Of a DNA stretch of 64,000 nt, positions 30,738 through 45,049 are shown piece after piece; position 1 is the stretch's first letter; every line of letters begins with the position of its first letter. Source of the DNA: the human T2T-CHM13v2.0 reference genome, Homo sapiens; NCBI RefSeq assembly GCF_009914755.1, contig NC_060947.1. One strand, 5' to 3'. The notes under the pieces are model-generated. The model searched no databases, was not told where the DNA came from, and saw nothing but the letters and a program-made list of their open reading frames with translations. A program made the position numbers and the translations under genes.

Positions 30738-32094
30738 GTAAGAGAGCAATATTCTAGAGAAATTCGTATCCCTTAACTCTTTCAAAATGAAAGACTACAT
30801 TAATTTACATATCGTCTGAATATGAAAAGGCCTAGAGGTGGTGAGAAGATAATTAAAACCTAGATCTGACAGGCTTGTAGAAGAACAAAGCAATTCTTGT
30901 TAAATTACTATATCATTGTAGTCTGGAGGGGTTAGAGATCTTGATATGATTATTAATATACACACATTTGATCTGTTTTAGCAATTACATTGTATAACGG
31001 GTGAAAAACAATATATTTGCTATGAAAAAGTTCACCTAGCAGCCTTCCAAATTTAGCAGTCATAGAATTATCTCTGATAACAAAGATTAAATTAAGAAGG
31101 TCTGAACTAATACATGAGAAGAATCCCATAAAAACAATTATATTCATTAGTAATGAACTGTCATTACCATCTAAACTTGTGTACAAAAATTAAATATTCA
31201 AGTTAATTTTTTGAGTATCAATATTATTATGGACATTATTTATCAATTGGGATATGTCTCTTATTTTTAATCCTTTTTAAACATTGTTTTCAGTGACATT
31301 ATATATAGGAAATATTTTAAGATTTTCTTATACCATTGGTTCTAAAATCAATGCACAAATAATCTTATCAACAACAATTTTTTTGGCAGCTAAAATAATT
31401 GTATTTGTTTTCTGTTGTTATTAGAAAAGTGCTCTTGGAACATTTTTGTGAGCATAAGTGCTAAGTCTAAATGTCTTTGCAAAGAATACTCACTGAAGGC
31501 CATTTGGATTTGGAGTTAACATGAAATATTTTTACTGACTTTCACATATGTAAAATAAATATTATCTAAGAGCTTATTACAATGATGATTATATATAAAT
31601 ATTTGTTTAAAATCATATACATTTTACAATGTATTTAAACTGGTGGAAGAAATTCCTTCTAACTTTTTAGCAGATATAGGAAGGGAAAAATAACATGGAG
31701 CATTCACATGAACAGAACTTAAAAATTCTGAATTTTCAATTCTGATTTATTCCTAACTGTATATTGCTGATGACTTTTCCTTGTGGTGCTTGTAGATTTC
31801 TTTTGAGCATCGGTTTCACTGTTTCACTCAGTAGTCAATTTATAAGGAATATTATGTAAAATGTGACAGATTAAAATCAGGCCAAATGTTAAAGCTGGGT
31901 AAAAAGGCCAAAATAAATATAAAAATTATGTCTGGGAGGCATTATAGTGTGATTTACTTAGTAATGGAGAGAAGTAAACTATGAAAAGGAAAACAGCTAT
32001 AAAAGTAATGAATGTTTTACTGAAAACATAAGGTGTTTTCTCCTCCCATTTTCATACCATGGAAACAAACTGACTCTCAATGAGAATGAATCGC

Positions 32095-32250
32095 ATTCCA
32101 TTTTAGACTGATGAACAATACAATTCTTTATGCAGTACACCATCAAGCTGTGGAATTCAATTCTGCAATATATCACTGTGGTAAATAGTTTAGCAAAACC
32201 CAGGAAAGCATTAAATGTTGCTATGAATAAGAATGACATTTACAGCCACG
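32095..32250 (+). mobile_element. Ancient CR1/L3-like LINE ORF2 C-terminal fragment
   Basis: Translates FFMQYTIKLWNSILQYITVVNSLAKPRKALNVAMNKNDIYS, similar to the CR1 terminal motif FFTQR..NLWNSLPQ....A.SL..FK..LD..M. Confidence 0.5.
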
Positions 32251-32773
32251 CTACTTAGGTCAGAAAGTTTGAAGGGCTCTCAGCCCTCTAGCAATGGTGC
32301 ATAAGGAGAATTTGTGTGAAGGTCAGAAAGTAGTATTCTCTCCTCTGACATTATTTTATATTGCTCATGCATTATGGCAAGTTTATGTGACTCTTTCTCA
32401 AAGCTGGGATTTAAGGGTATGTACTTGATTCTAAAAACAAACCTTCAAATATTCAAATTATAAATCTTATTTTCATATAAATTATTAATTATACTATCAA
32501 TGACTGCAAAAATTGTACAAGGTATACTCAAAGAAAAATAAAATATTCTCCCTATGGAGGAGTAAATGAATTGGAAAATTTGAAGGATGTAGGAATTAGA
32601 GAAGGTGGAAATGGCTGAAAAGAACAATATACTTTGGCTGAAAAAATATTTCCTTCTAAAACAACAAACTTCAATCATAAAAAAGTCAGTGTGACACTGT
32701 TACATTGAAGGGGGAATTATGAATTTTATAAGTATAATGGTCGAAAAATTTATTCTTTTTCTTGAAGGTAGAA

Positions 32774-33234
32774 TGTAATATAACCCCCCCCACCCAACCC
32801 CCCCGAGGGGATGGGGCGGGTTAAGAGAGAACATTAGCTGCTTATCCCTCCTCTACGCCCAGAGAGGCTTATCTATGTTCCATTGTTCTACATTCCTTGA
32901 GGCACAGTGAATTCTTGCTTCCCCCGCTAGCCGGGCTGTAAAGTCACAAGGTTGATAAGCAATTGCTACAAAAGCATGTATTCCCAAGGTTGTAAGACAT
33001 ATGGTGTAACAAATGTAAAAGAGTAAATAACTGCCTTTGTTCTCGCTTCTGCAAGTACGCTTCCTGCATGCAGCACGTAACCCTTGCCACAAACTGCTTA
33101 AAAGGTGACTGATCCCTTTGTTCGGGGCTCAGACTTTCTGGACCCTAGTCCAACTGAGCCAGTGATCACCTTAATAATTAAAGGTTCTCCTTAACTCTGC
33201 TCGGTATCTCCCATCTCTGATTTATCCTGCAACA
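32774..33234 (+). mobile_element. ERV solo LTR, family not assigned
   Basis: ~460 bp, more GC-rich than its flanks, with gcttaaaagg TATA-like box, cggggctcagact, attaaa poly(A)-like signal and 3' end ...cctgcaaca. Possible TSD ATGTAA/ACGTAA. Confidence 0.7.
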
Positions 33235-33279
33235 ACGTAACTACCTTGGTAATTATTAATAATTCCTGATTTGCTGATG

Positions 33280-33398
33280 ATTATCAGAAAAATGAAAGAT
33301 AAGTGTTGGTAAGGATGTGGAGAAAGGAAACACTTGTCTACTGTTGGAAGGAATGTAAAACGGTGCAGCCACTATGGAAAACGATAGGAAAGTTTCTC

Positions 33399-33430
<32 letters not shown>

Positions 33431-33990
33431 TATATGATCCAGCAATTTCACTTCTGGGTGTTTATCCAAAAGAATTGAGGTTAAGATCTCAAAGAGATAT
33501 TTGCATTCCCATGTACATCACAGAACTATTCACAATACCCAAGATGCGGAAACAACAGAAATTTCTGTCAATGGATGAATGGATAAAAAAAAATGTGGTA
33601 TATATACAGAATAAAATATTATTCGTCCTTTAAAAAGAAGGAAATCCTGTCATTTGTGACAATATTGATGAACTTGGAGGATACTATGTTAAGCGAAATA
33701 AGACAGACACAGAAAGACAAATACTATGTGATTCCACCTATATGAGGTATCTATCTGGAGGAGTCAAACTCATAGAAACAGAGAGTAGAATGGTGGTTGC
33801 CAGTGGTTGGGAGGAGGGAGAAATGAGGAGCTGTTCAAATGGTGTAAGGTTTAAGTTATGAAAGATGAATAAATTCTAGAGATCTGCTGCACAATCTAGT
33901 GCTTAGAGTTAAAAATACTTTATTGTGCCCCTAAAAATTTGTTAAGAGGGTAGATCTCCTGTTAGGTATTTTTACATCATGAAAAAAATT
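33280..33990 (+). mobile_element. L1MA-type 3' end
   Basis: gataagtgttggtaaggatgtggagaaa...aaggaaatcctgtcatttgtgac...ttctagagatctgctgcacaa...gttaagagggtagatctc. Confidence 0.9.
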
Positions 33991-35381
33991 GAATTAGTAG
34001 TATAACTATAAAGTAATAGCATGAGAGAATTTTGGGAGGTGATGGAGATGTTCTGCATCCAGATGGTGGTGGTGGTTACATTATAAACAGGTTTTAAATT
34101 TCATAGAATAGTACACACAATTAATTGGACAGCTCAATACTTGAATTTGCCCCCGCCCCGTGCACTGAGACATGTAAAAGAATGGTCTTAACATTATTTA
34201 TAAAATCCAAACCATAGTTAATCCAAATTTCAAATCAAGAATTATATGAAACAATTCATTATTATACAAATTGCTACAATGAAACTATAAACAATGAAAA
34301 TTGATAAAACATGTTGTGTGCAATAACATAGATACTTCTCAGGAATATAATGTCAAACTAAAGATCCCTTATAATAACATCTTTACGAAAAGAAAAATCC
34401 AAGTTTAAACCTAAGTATTTAAGATTGGTCGTTTATTCGGTACAATTATGCAAGAAAGCAAATGAATGATTATTCTAAATGACATGAGAGTGGTTATTTT
34501 TATAAGGAAGGATGGTTGTAACCAGAAGGTGGCACAAGAGAAACTTTTATGGTGCTGCAGTGTTATATTTTTTTATCTAGGTCAGTGGTTACAGACTGTT
34601 GACTTTATGATGAATCATTGATTTGTACATCATTGTGTCGATGTGTGTGTGTATCAGAATAAAACAGTTAAATACAGTAAAACAAAATAAATTGACAAGA
34701 AGACACTGAATGAAGGCTGAAGAATGTGTTGGATTAAAATGTTAAAATGTACAATATTAGATAAAATGATCTGTATATCCTTCTTTTTAGAAAATGACTT
34801 TTACTCATTTGTCAAGGGTATAGTGACCAAAAGAAAGACGTCTCAAACTTTGTTTGAGTTTTATAATAAAAATATGGCCATCTCAGTATTTCATAAATTG
34901 TAGCATGAGAGATTTATTTAATTTGCATGAAACAAAAATGTCACACTGTAGATATCAGATCAAGGCATTGAAAATAAATTTAAAGCATCTCAGGAGCATG
35001 TTCCGAAAATTTTATCTTCAAAGAAAGAGTTTATGACATAAAGAAACTTTCTAGAAAGTATAAGACAAAAATGAATGGTCACTAAAGGAAAAGAGTGCAG
35101 AGTTGTATTTGTTCAGACTGTCCTGTATAACAACCAACAAGTTGATTTAGCTTTGTGAGAATTATACGAAGCAATCTGTCATTAGCTAAAGCTCTAAGCT
35201 AATGGTGCTCTAAGAATTGCTTCTAGGGTGCATGGAAATCAAAAGCTCTGATTATATTAACTAGGTGGTTAACCAAATAGTGAAGGAATATGTCATCTCA
35301 TGGGAGAATATTAATCATGGAAAGTTCATTGTTCTTTATGAAATATAATGAGTCAGCCATCCCATGTTACAGTGCTCTGGA

Positions 35382-35600
35382 TTTTTTTTTTTTTTCTTTG
35401 AGACAAGGTCTCCATCTGTCACCCAGGCCAGAATGCAGTGACGTGATCATAGCTCACTGCAGCCTGGACTTCCTGGGCTCAAGCAATCCTCCCACCTCAG
35501 CCTCCCAGGTAGCTGGGACTACAAGTGTGCACCACAACACCTGGCTAATTTTTGTATTTTTTGTAGGGTCGGGGTTTCACCACGTTGCCCAGGCTGGGCT
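35382..35600 (-). mobile_element. AluJ, partial
   Basis: gatcatagctcactgcagcctggacttcctgggctcaagcaatcctccc; left monomer truncated. Confidence 0.9.
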
Positions 35601-35824
35601 CTGGAAATTTTAACGTGGTACTTGCTTATATTTTTCCAAGAGTCTTTGGCAAAAATGGATTGAACACAGTGAAATCATCTTTCTTTCTCCAGTTCCCCTT
35701 ACTATCAAATTCACACCCTCACTCATATAGGCCAGTAATCTTTGAAAAAAGGGAAATATTATGTGAACCACATATGTAGGAACGATATTATTTAAATATT
35801 ACCCAGGTAAATATGCCCTCTCTA

Positions 35825-36214
<390 letters not shown>

Positions 36215-36497
36215 TTATTTGCTCTTCCCCCTCTACACTTGCAACAAATCCCCATCCTTCTCTGCCAAGGGGATGCCTGTAGACTTCATCTCCTGGGGTA
36301 CCAAGTCCTGTGTATTCTGGTAGGGTTTAGCTAAAGGAAGGCACCAGCAAAGAAACTGCAGTTCAGGAAGGGAGAAATTTATTTTTTCTAATGTTTCTTC
36401 CTGCTGTTTTGCTACCTCACTTTCAAATAACACTTACGGATTCCTGGGGAGTTGCTTATGACCAGATACCAGAAGAGAAAAAGATATGTAGGCCTGC

Positions 36498-36791
<294 letters not shown>

Positions 36792-39700
36792 TAGTAGTGT
36801 TGAAAGCTCTTTGGTTAAGAATGAAAGCTTCTGAAAAACTTGTTCTTTAAATTTTCTAATCTTAAAATTAAAGAAACAGCTTTGAAAATATATTTGTAAC
36901 ACCTAATATGATTCTAAGTCTCATAGAAATTTCTGGCATCAAAATTCATCATCTTATTTCTCTATGTACCTTTATTTTATCAGACCCTTATTGTCAGCAA
37001 GACAAGACATGTTTTATTGTCCTAAGAAAGTCTCAACAAATTGATCACAACTCCTAAAAAAAGAGTTGTATGAAATAATCATAATTTATGTAATAGATAT
37101 ACAATTTATAAATTATGTCTTTATTACTCATCTAATTTTGTCCTTTTTATGTTAGAAAAATTGCTAGTTGTGTTGTTATGACTGAAATTCACATGATTTG
37201 TGTTACACTAAGTGATCTAAAAGATTAAAAAATATAATTGCGTTCAAAGTGCAAATAATTTGAACTCTTCACTAAAAAAACATGAGTATAAGGAAATGTA
37301 AAAGTAAAAATTAAAATTATTTTCTTATGATTTGAAAAATGCTTTTCTACCAATAAATTCAGTATTGTCTATTAAAATAAAAGACAACACAATCCTTTCA
37401 TTTGCTAATGTGCAAAATAATTTAAAACAGCTATATTTTTGAAAACAATTACATTTTATAAAGTATTCTTTATAATGACAAAATTACAAGTGACAGAGAC
37501 AATTACATGTCCTCTAAGAAATGTTTGTTTTGCTTTGTGATATTTGGAACTCTCTGTAGGTCCCTGGACAGCAGCCTTCCTACTGTCTTTAAGGGAAATG
37601 CAGTCTTTTTGTTTTAACTTTTTATGTTATCATCAGCATATTTGGACATTTTTATTACCGTACATGTATTATTTCATATATTTTCTATTGGAGTGATTGC
37701 TTTCTGTTTAACTGTTCTACTTTAAGCTTCTGTGCTCATTTTTGAGATCTTTATCACAATCATTTAAACCTTAGAGTACCCTTTTTACACTATATTTTTG
37801 GCCTACAAAACGGCTTAAGAATTTTAAGTGCCCGGGGACCCTATTTTAAAAGCATCATTTTAGTTATTCACTTATTCACCTTTATTCTCCACTTATTCAA
37901 CCAAAGTGAATTATTCATGGCCTGCATTATAAAGTTCAAAATATAAAATCGCACTAAATACATTTGACACTTTAATTCAAGCAAAGGGACTACGGTTGTA
38001 TATCACTTAGTGGAGATTTAGCTAAGAAGTTTTCATAGAGCTAGAAGCAAAAATAATAAAACAAGAACTGATATAACAAACCTACAACATATATAAAGCA
38101 TATTTCTGAAGCATGGTGTGCTGGAACAGAAGTATTTCAACTATATTTCAGTCAACACTGATAGCCATAGGTGCACATTTTTATTTTGTTTCAACTGAAT
38201 ATGAAATGTGTGTTATCAGTTGGGGACTTGGAAGGTTAGATAGCTTTAAAAGCTATAGCAATTTAAAGGCACTCTGTAACCATTTGTAATGTATTTTTAT
38301 ACTCATTGACATGTTGAGAGATTTATCTTGAAAATTTTTTCACACAGTAGCACTTAAAACAACTGAGTAGCTATTGGCACTCATATCTTTTCACAAGGCT
38401 ATAGAATAATACTCTTCCTCAATTTTCCACTGATTGATTAAAATAATTTTAATAACTACACAATGATGTTTTATGACACTCTCTGATATCTCATATTTGA
38501 CAGCAGCAGTACACTTTTACTGAATCCTTCCACCAGAGAAACAAGCAACATAACAGCCTTTTGCATTCACATACAAGCAACAGGTTTTTTTCTCCCTTCA
38601 GCTTTTCACACTCTCTAATAACATCAGCTATGAAGATATGGGACTTTGGGGGCCTGATCTTTCTTAAGGTAGCTAAAGCATTACCTTATATCTTTACTTG
38701 CCATGAACAGTGAACTGTTCCTTTTTACTACATTTGGAGATGAAATTCAATGCACAATAATAAATTACATACTTTAGGGCATTAAAGTGCCAGCCAAGGA
38801 GAAGATTTTCTAGGTGTAAACTATGGTAGCAGGCCATTTCCAGATCTCATATCATATCACTCTTACCTAAGAAAGCTGTTACTGTCTCTTCATACTCAGC
38901 CATACATTCATGAAGGATGCAGACCACACATTACATCTTCCACCTTATTATATTCACTTTCTCTAGTGACTAGTATGGAGGTATGGACGTTGCAGAAACT
39001 CTGTAAATATCTTATGAATGAATGAATGAAGAATGTTATATATATGATATAATTTGGAAAACACAAGAAAAATCACTTAACAAAAATCTTTGTCTCTAAC
39101 TGGTGTGACAAAATGTAGAATTCCATTCACCAACTTTTCCATGAATATTATGGGAAACTGTTGAAGTGAAAGTAGAGACCTCCCTTTGCTTCCCTCTACA
39201 AGTATTCATTCCAGCATATTACATGGCTGGTAAGCAGACATAAAAATTCAAGACATGCTTCTGTAAGACAGTGGATAATGGAGGAAGAAATAATAGGCAG
39301 TCTGATGGTGAACAAATTCAGTGGAGAATGTTGAGTAGCTACAAAGGTAAAGATATATTTTTCTTAGCAACTAAATGAGTGTAAAATTTTAGGAAGAAGG
39401 AATGATGTCAAATCAGTATTTCTAGGGTATTTTATTTGTGAAATATTTTTTGAAACTCCTACATAGCTTCCTTTCAGAAATTTTAGAGTAGAGATACACA
39501 TTGGTTCAAGTGTCTAGAGTCAGATGGCTATGAGGTTGGACCTGTGTTATATATCTGGGATATATTTGGGAAGCTGTCATCTGGAAGTTGGATGTAATAT
39601 GCAAAACCTCACTGCACATAAAGATATATAATCACCAAAATGAGCCAAGATTTCGTTAGTCACTCTTACCATCCTACTCTTTCAAAGAACTTTGAACTAT

Positions 39701-40671
39701 TATGTTTTGAATGATACAATCAATATGCAATAATATTGTATAACTGATAGAGAAGAATGTTTGGGCTTAAATGAAAATTTTCAGCTCTAACTATGTGAAG
39801 GCACTAAATTGAAGAAACTTTTGTGAATGTCTTTGTGAACTTGAAAATTATTTTTCTTAAGTCATATATACATATAATATTATATATTGTATTAATATTT
39901 GGGGATTTGGAGATTTGGAGTCCTGCAGACTTTGGCAACACTGAAGCACGTCCCTTTTTATGGGAAGATGTGCTTCACTGAAGATAAAATATGTGGGTTA
40001 AATTCATCTTTGTGCATCTACCAAAATAGTGAAAGTGCTGCTCTCATCTATTCAGATAATAGTAAGTACTGCATTAAGATGTTTGCCACAGGCATTAGAA
40101 AAGGGTTCTAGTGGACTAGGTTTTTGCAGGTGCTTTTTACAATGAAGACTTACTGAATAATCTTGTACTTCATTTCAAAAAAGAGCGACATACCTGACTT
40201 CTTGCTGTCAGTGGAGCTAATCAGAAATGAAGAATAAAATAGTGTGTAGTGCTCTGAGAAAAACAAGTAGTGAAATAAATGCAAGAGGAGACTGAAGTAC
40301 AGGGAATGAGACTTTTCTATCTTAACCTCTTGAAACTGGACAGTCCCAGGGGTCTGAGGTTAGGTGCATTTTCCAATCCTTTTCCTGATTTGGTAGAATT
40401 AACACTGATTAGCACAGACTGACTTAATTTGGTACCACTTCCTTGAGGGAAAGAGTCTGTTGAATAGATGAAGAAGAGTGGGTGTGGGCTTGATATAAAC
40501 AAAGTCACAAAGAGACAGTGCACTTTTTTTTTTTTGGGAAGAGCCACGGAAGTACTGATTGTCTTAAAAACTTAATGAAGTCATGTGTATTACAGGCATT
40601 ACTATGGTGTGGAAGGCGGACCTTGAGAAGTTCACAGATAAGAACTGTACATTGTTTTTAATTCCTAGATA

Positions 40672-40800
40672 CAAATATATATATATAGGAATTATATATA
40701 TATATATATATAGGAATTATATATATATAGGAATTATATATATATGAATTATATATATATAGGAATTATATATATATATAGGAATTATATATATATCTAG

Positions 40801-40832
<32 letters not shown>
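40672..40832. repeat. Complex (TA)n-GGAAT minisatellite in an Alu tail
   Basis: (TA)n runs separated by AGGAATT (five times), GAATT (once) and CTAGGAAT (once). Confidence 0.95.
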
Positions 40833-40834
<2 letters not shown>

Positions 40835-41120
40835 TTTTGAGACAGAGTCTCACTCTGTCGCCCAGGCTGGAGTACAGTGGTGCAATCTTGGCTCACTGCA
40901 ATCTCCATCTCCCAGGTTGAAGCGATTCTCCTGCCACAGCCTCCCGAGTAGCTGGGATTACAGGTGCCTGCCACCACGCCCAGCTAATGTTTGTATTTTT
41001 AGTAGAGACGGGGTTTCACCATGTTGGTCAGGCTGGTCTCGAACTCCTGACCTCAGGCGATCTGCCTGCCTTGGCCTCCCAAAGTGCTGGGATTACAGGC
41101 GTGAGCCACCGTGCCTGGCC
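40833..41120 (-). mobile_element. AluS
   Basis: Full Alu; TSD AATTCCTAG at 40660-40668 and 41121-41129. Confidence 0.95.
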
Positions 41121-44100
41121 AATTCCTAGTAGTATATTTTTCTGAGTTCAAATATTTGGTGTCACTTTCTTCCTTAAATTTTGGTTAATTATTTCCTACA
41201 TGAGTACATCACACTTCTAGTGACTGATTTTTTTGGTAAACTTTTCCTAGTCAATCTGTGATAGAGAAATTAAATTTAAAAATTTCCTCTGAACAGTCAA
41301 AATACAGCCCGTTTGCTTGTTTTAATGCACTTTAACTCTAGAAAACTTCTTGGGTGCTAAAAGAAGTTACCTGTATTCATATCCTACCCAAAATCCAGTT
41401 ACAATAGTTTGGTTTTCTGATTCCCCGAACTATAAATATATTAGAAACATCAAATTAGAGTAAAGAAAATTTCAGCAGCAGGAATACTTGTACAAAAAAA
41501 TGTGACAGTTGACAATGTTAAATCTAGGAAGGAGGCTAGAAATATAGTAAAAACAAGATTAGGAACTTAAAAAACATAGCCATGTAAAATCAATACAACT
41601 GATAATGTTTATAAATTATAACAAAATACTATTTTGCTTACTATGCTGTTTATGAAGGTACAGAGGAAGAATTAAACATTTCAGAACACCATACAGCAGA
41701 ATGGAAAATAAATAATGTGGGTTTGGTTCTTATGTCTTGGATAAAAGCAAACTTCAGTAATTCTGTTTTGTGGAGCCTGCATTACCAAATGGTACCAGAA
41801 ATAATGAAATATGACTTATTTTCAAGTAGCTATTTCTTGAATCCTTTCCTGTATAGGATATCCAATTTCCTCTGAGATTTGCTCTTACATTTTCGAGAAC
41901 AGAGCTTCAGTAGTCTCAGTGGTTGTCATTATTTTTCATAGAGTCTTCTAAGACGGGCTGAGTCTCTTAAACAAGATCTATGACTATTTAACAGAGAATT
42001 ATTTAATCTCCAACTGTGTTTCATGGCATTTTCACTTTGAATACTAACCTACCATGACACAGATGCAAGATTCAGCACTCTTGCTGCATGCAAACCATGG
42101 TTTTTAACTCAGTGGACGTTATCTTCTGCACATATTTTCACAAATAACCATGATTTTCTTTGTTACACTGAATTTAATTTTCTTCTGAAATTCTTTCCAG
42201 TACTTCTTTCACTGTATTATTTTTGGTGATTTTTCCAAGACCTATTTCTTTATTTCTTTAACTTCATTAGTTTTAGTTTCTGTTTCCCTCTTCTCTTTGT
42301 TTTGTGTTAACCAACATTTAAATACTCCAGTAGCTATATCAAGATAATGGATTATGAAATTGACTACAACTTGGAAAAAAGTGTTAGAAATTGAAGAATA
42401 ATTTAGCTTTCTAAATTGACTAAGAAGTTATGACATAGTTAATATGTAATAATATGACTAAGAAGTTATGACATAGTTCTTTGCTTCTAAAGGAAAAGAT
42501 GACAGTGTTTATATGATATATGTTAGAGATAACGATTTAATTTAAATCTTTGTTATGTTTCTCTGTTAGGTAAATATATAAAGTTATATTTCTCTTGTTC
42601 TATAGTAACAAGAGTGCTAACATATTTTCGAAGCAATTCTAATTTACTTTTATTTAGATTTCAAGTAAAAGACTTTATTTTGGACTCAAAATTAAACAGT
42701 TTTCACTGCTGAAAATGTTTTAAAAATTGTCATTTACTTAGATATAAAAATAACCAATTAAATAGGGAATGTTACTAAAATGTTTTATTTAAGTCCTTTA
42801 CATACTGATCATGTAGACTTTGATGTCGTATTGTAATAAAATAAAATAAAAGAAGTAATTTAAAATATTTATACTGGTAAATAATATAATCTGGTGAGCA
42901 TCATTTTACTTTTTGCTTTAGTTAAATTTCTTTTGAATACACATGATGGAGGATAACTCCAGCTAACTTAAGCAACAATGCATATTTACAGAATGGATAC
43001 TGCAGTTTCTCCTAAAATTCAAAGGGAGTCTGCACGTAAGGGAAGACCAGAACCAATAATTAGGAAAGTTATAGGCATGTAGTTGATCCTCTTCCATTCC
43101 ATTTTTTTCTGCGTCTCTATCTTCTTCAGTCTTATTATCCTGAACATCTTTTTTTTTTTCTCTGTGATGTTTTGCAAATAAGACAGAAGAAGGTTCCTTC
43201 TCTGGCTAAGATTTATAAGTCCCTCTATTCCAGCCTTTCACAGAGCCAAACTGCATGGCAATTTCACTTTCCTAGGAGAGAGAATCTGATTAATTCAGCT
43301 CAGGCCTGGTGTCCAACACTGGTCCCATCAATAGTACATAGAATGACATTGCGTACTATTACCATGGTTTCAGCCGCACACACAACTAGATAGAGGGGTT
43401 GAGGCAATACTTCGTGGAGAAAAGGGACTCTCTTAAACTTAGCTGACATCCCAAAAGTTATAATTATGCCTCTATTTGGTTGTTTATCCGAAGAACAAGT
43501 GATACTGGAGACTTAACATGTATTATGCTTCTACCATGTATCACGAACTATGGGCAAAGCCTCCCATCCATTATCTTGTATCTTTTTCACAAGGGCCTTA
43601 TCTCTATTTTACAGATGAAGAAACTAAAAATTAACAGAAGTTAAATATTGCACTGAAGCTGTCAGGATGGTGTGAAAAAATGTTATGGGGTATAAATTTC
43701 TTTAATCGAGAAAAGATACAAGCTTACCAAAAGTACAGAATAGTAAACAATCCTGGGAAAAGATTTGACTTTCCAGGTCTCCCGAAGTCCCTGATAGGAG
43801 GTAAAGCTGTGGAAGGCACCACTGGAATTAACATTATTATTCTCACAGCACTTACATCCTCCAGGTCCCTGATGATAATGGTCTATTCTGAAAATTCTGG
43901 CTACATTTCAACCTATTAGCTAGATATAAAACAGCTAGTATAAAACAAACCACAATAATTCCTGTGTGTCCAGGGCACGTTTAGGTGAAGCAAAAGCCAG
44001 TTTTCCAGAAGCGTCTCTTGGCAGGCCCCTCAAATTCTTTACAGGTCATCATCAGTGTTCCCATTCTCAGGTCACTGGATTCCCTGCCAAACGCCTCTTG

Positions 44101-45049
44101 GTTTTAGTGCTAAAGTTTATTACATATGTCTGATGCTCTTATAGAAAATGTATATAGTTATTATTTTATAATAAGAAACCAAAATACTGTTTTCCAGTAG
44201 AGAACAACTGTTTCTAGCTTACACACTTACACACCCAAATCATCTTAAAATAATAGAATTCTGGCACCCCACAGCTAAACTTTAATTATGTTGTCTGATA
44301 GTAGATTGCTGTATTTTGTCACCATTTCAATTCTGCCTCTATCAACATAATGCTTTATTTTCTCTATTACAAACCTCTTCGTTATTTATTGTTAAAGACT
44401 CAATAGTTGAATTTACACTCTGTTACAATAAATCACAATCACCCAGATAATGCACCATTAAAATGAAATCAGGCTTGCTATATTGTTAAGCCATATATAT
44501 TAAAGTGTTTGGGTGGATAGCATAGACCAGATATTCAACTGTTTCAAATAATGCCTACCATCAAAAACTATTCATTGAATGCCTTTAGGCTTCATGACGT
44601 TATTCCAGGTGTTCTGGAATGATCAAATAAGAGAAAAATCATACCTACAATAAGTATGTACTCTTAAGACGAAATACTTGAACAAAACACCTAAGAACCT
44701 ACACCCATATGCCTAAATGTGGGATTCGAAACTACATTAATAAGTGCCCAATATCCTTTGGGTAAGTTTGGTGTCATAGCAAGTGTTATAATGGGCCTAT
44801 TCTCCAGTTCAGGACTGGATGTGTGTATATGTGTGCCTGTGTGTGCATGTGTGTGTGTGTGTGTGCGTGATGTTTTTCAAATTATATATATAATAAATAC
44901 TTATTTTAACGAAGGAAACATCATGATGTTAGAGTGTTTGACAAAAATCCACAATGTACAGTGCTGCAATTAATTCATTGGCAATGATATTTTTTATTTA
45001 ATGGAATTTGTCCATATTTTGATAGTTTGAATTTAGAACATTTTTGAGG

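Noticed and set aside
40672-40832. Repeat-spacer pattern resembling a CRISPR array
   Set aside because: Eukaryotic DNA, the spacers are just (TA)n, and there are no cas genes.
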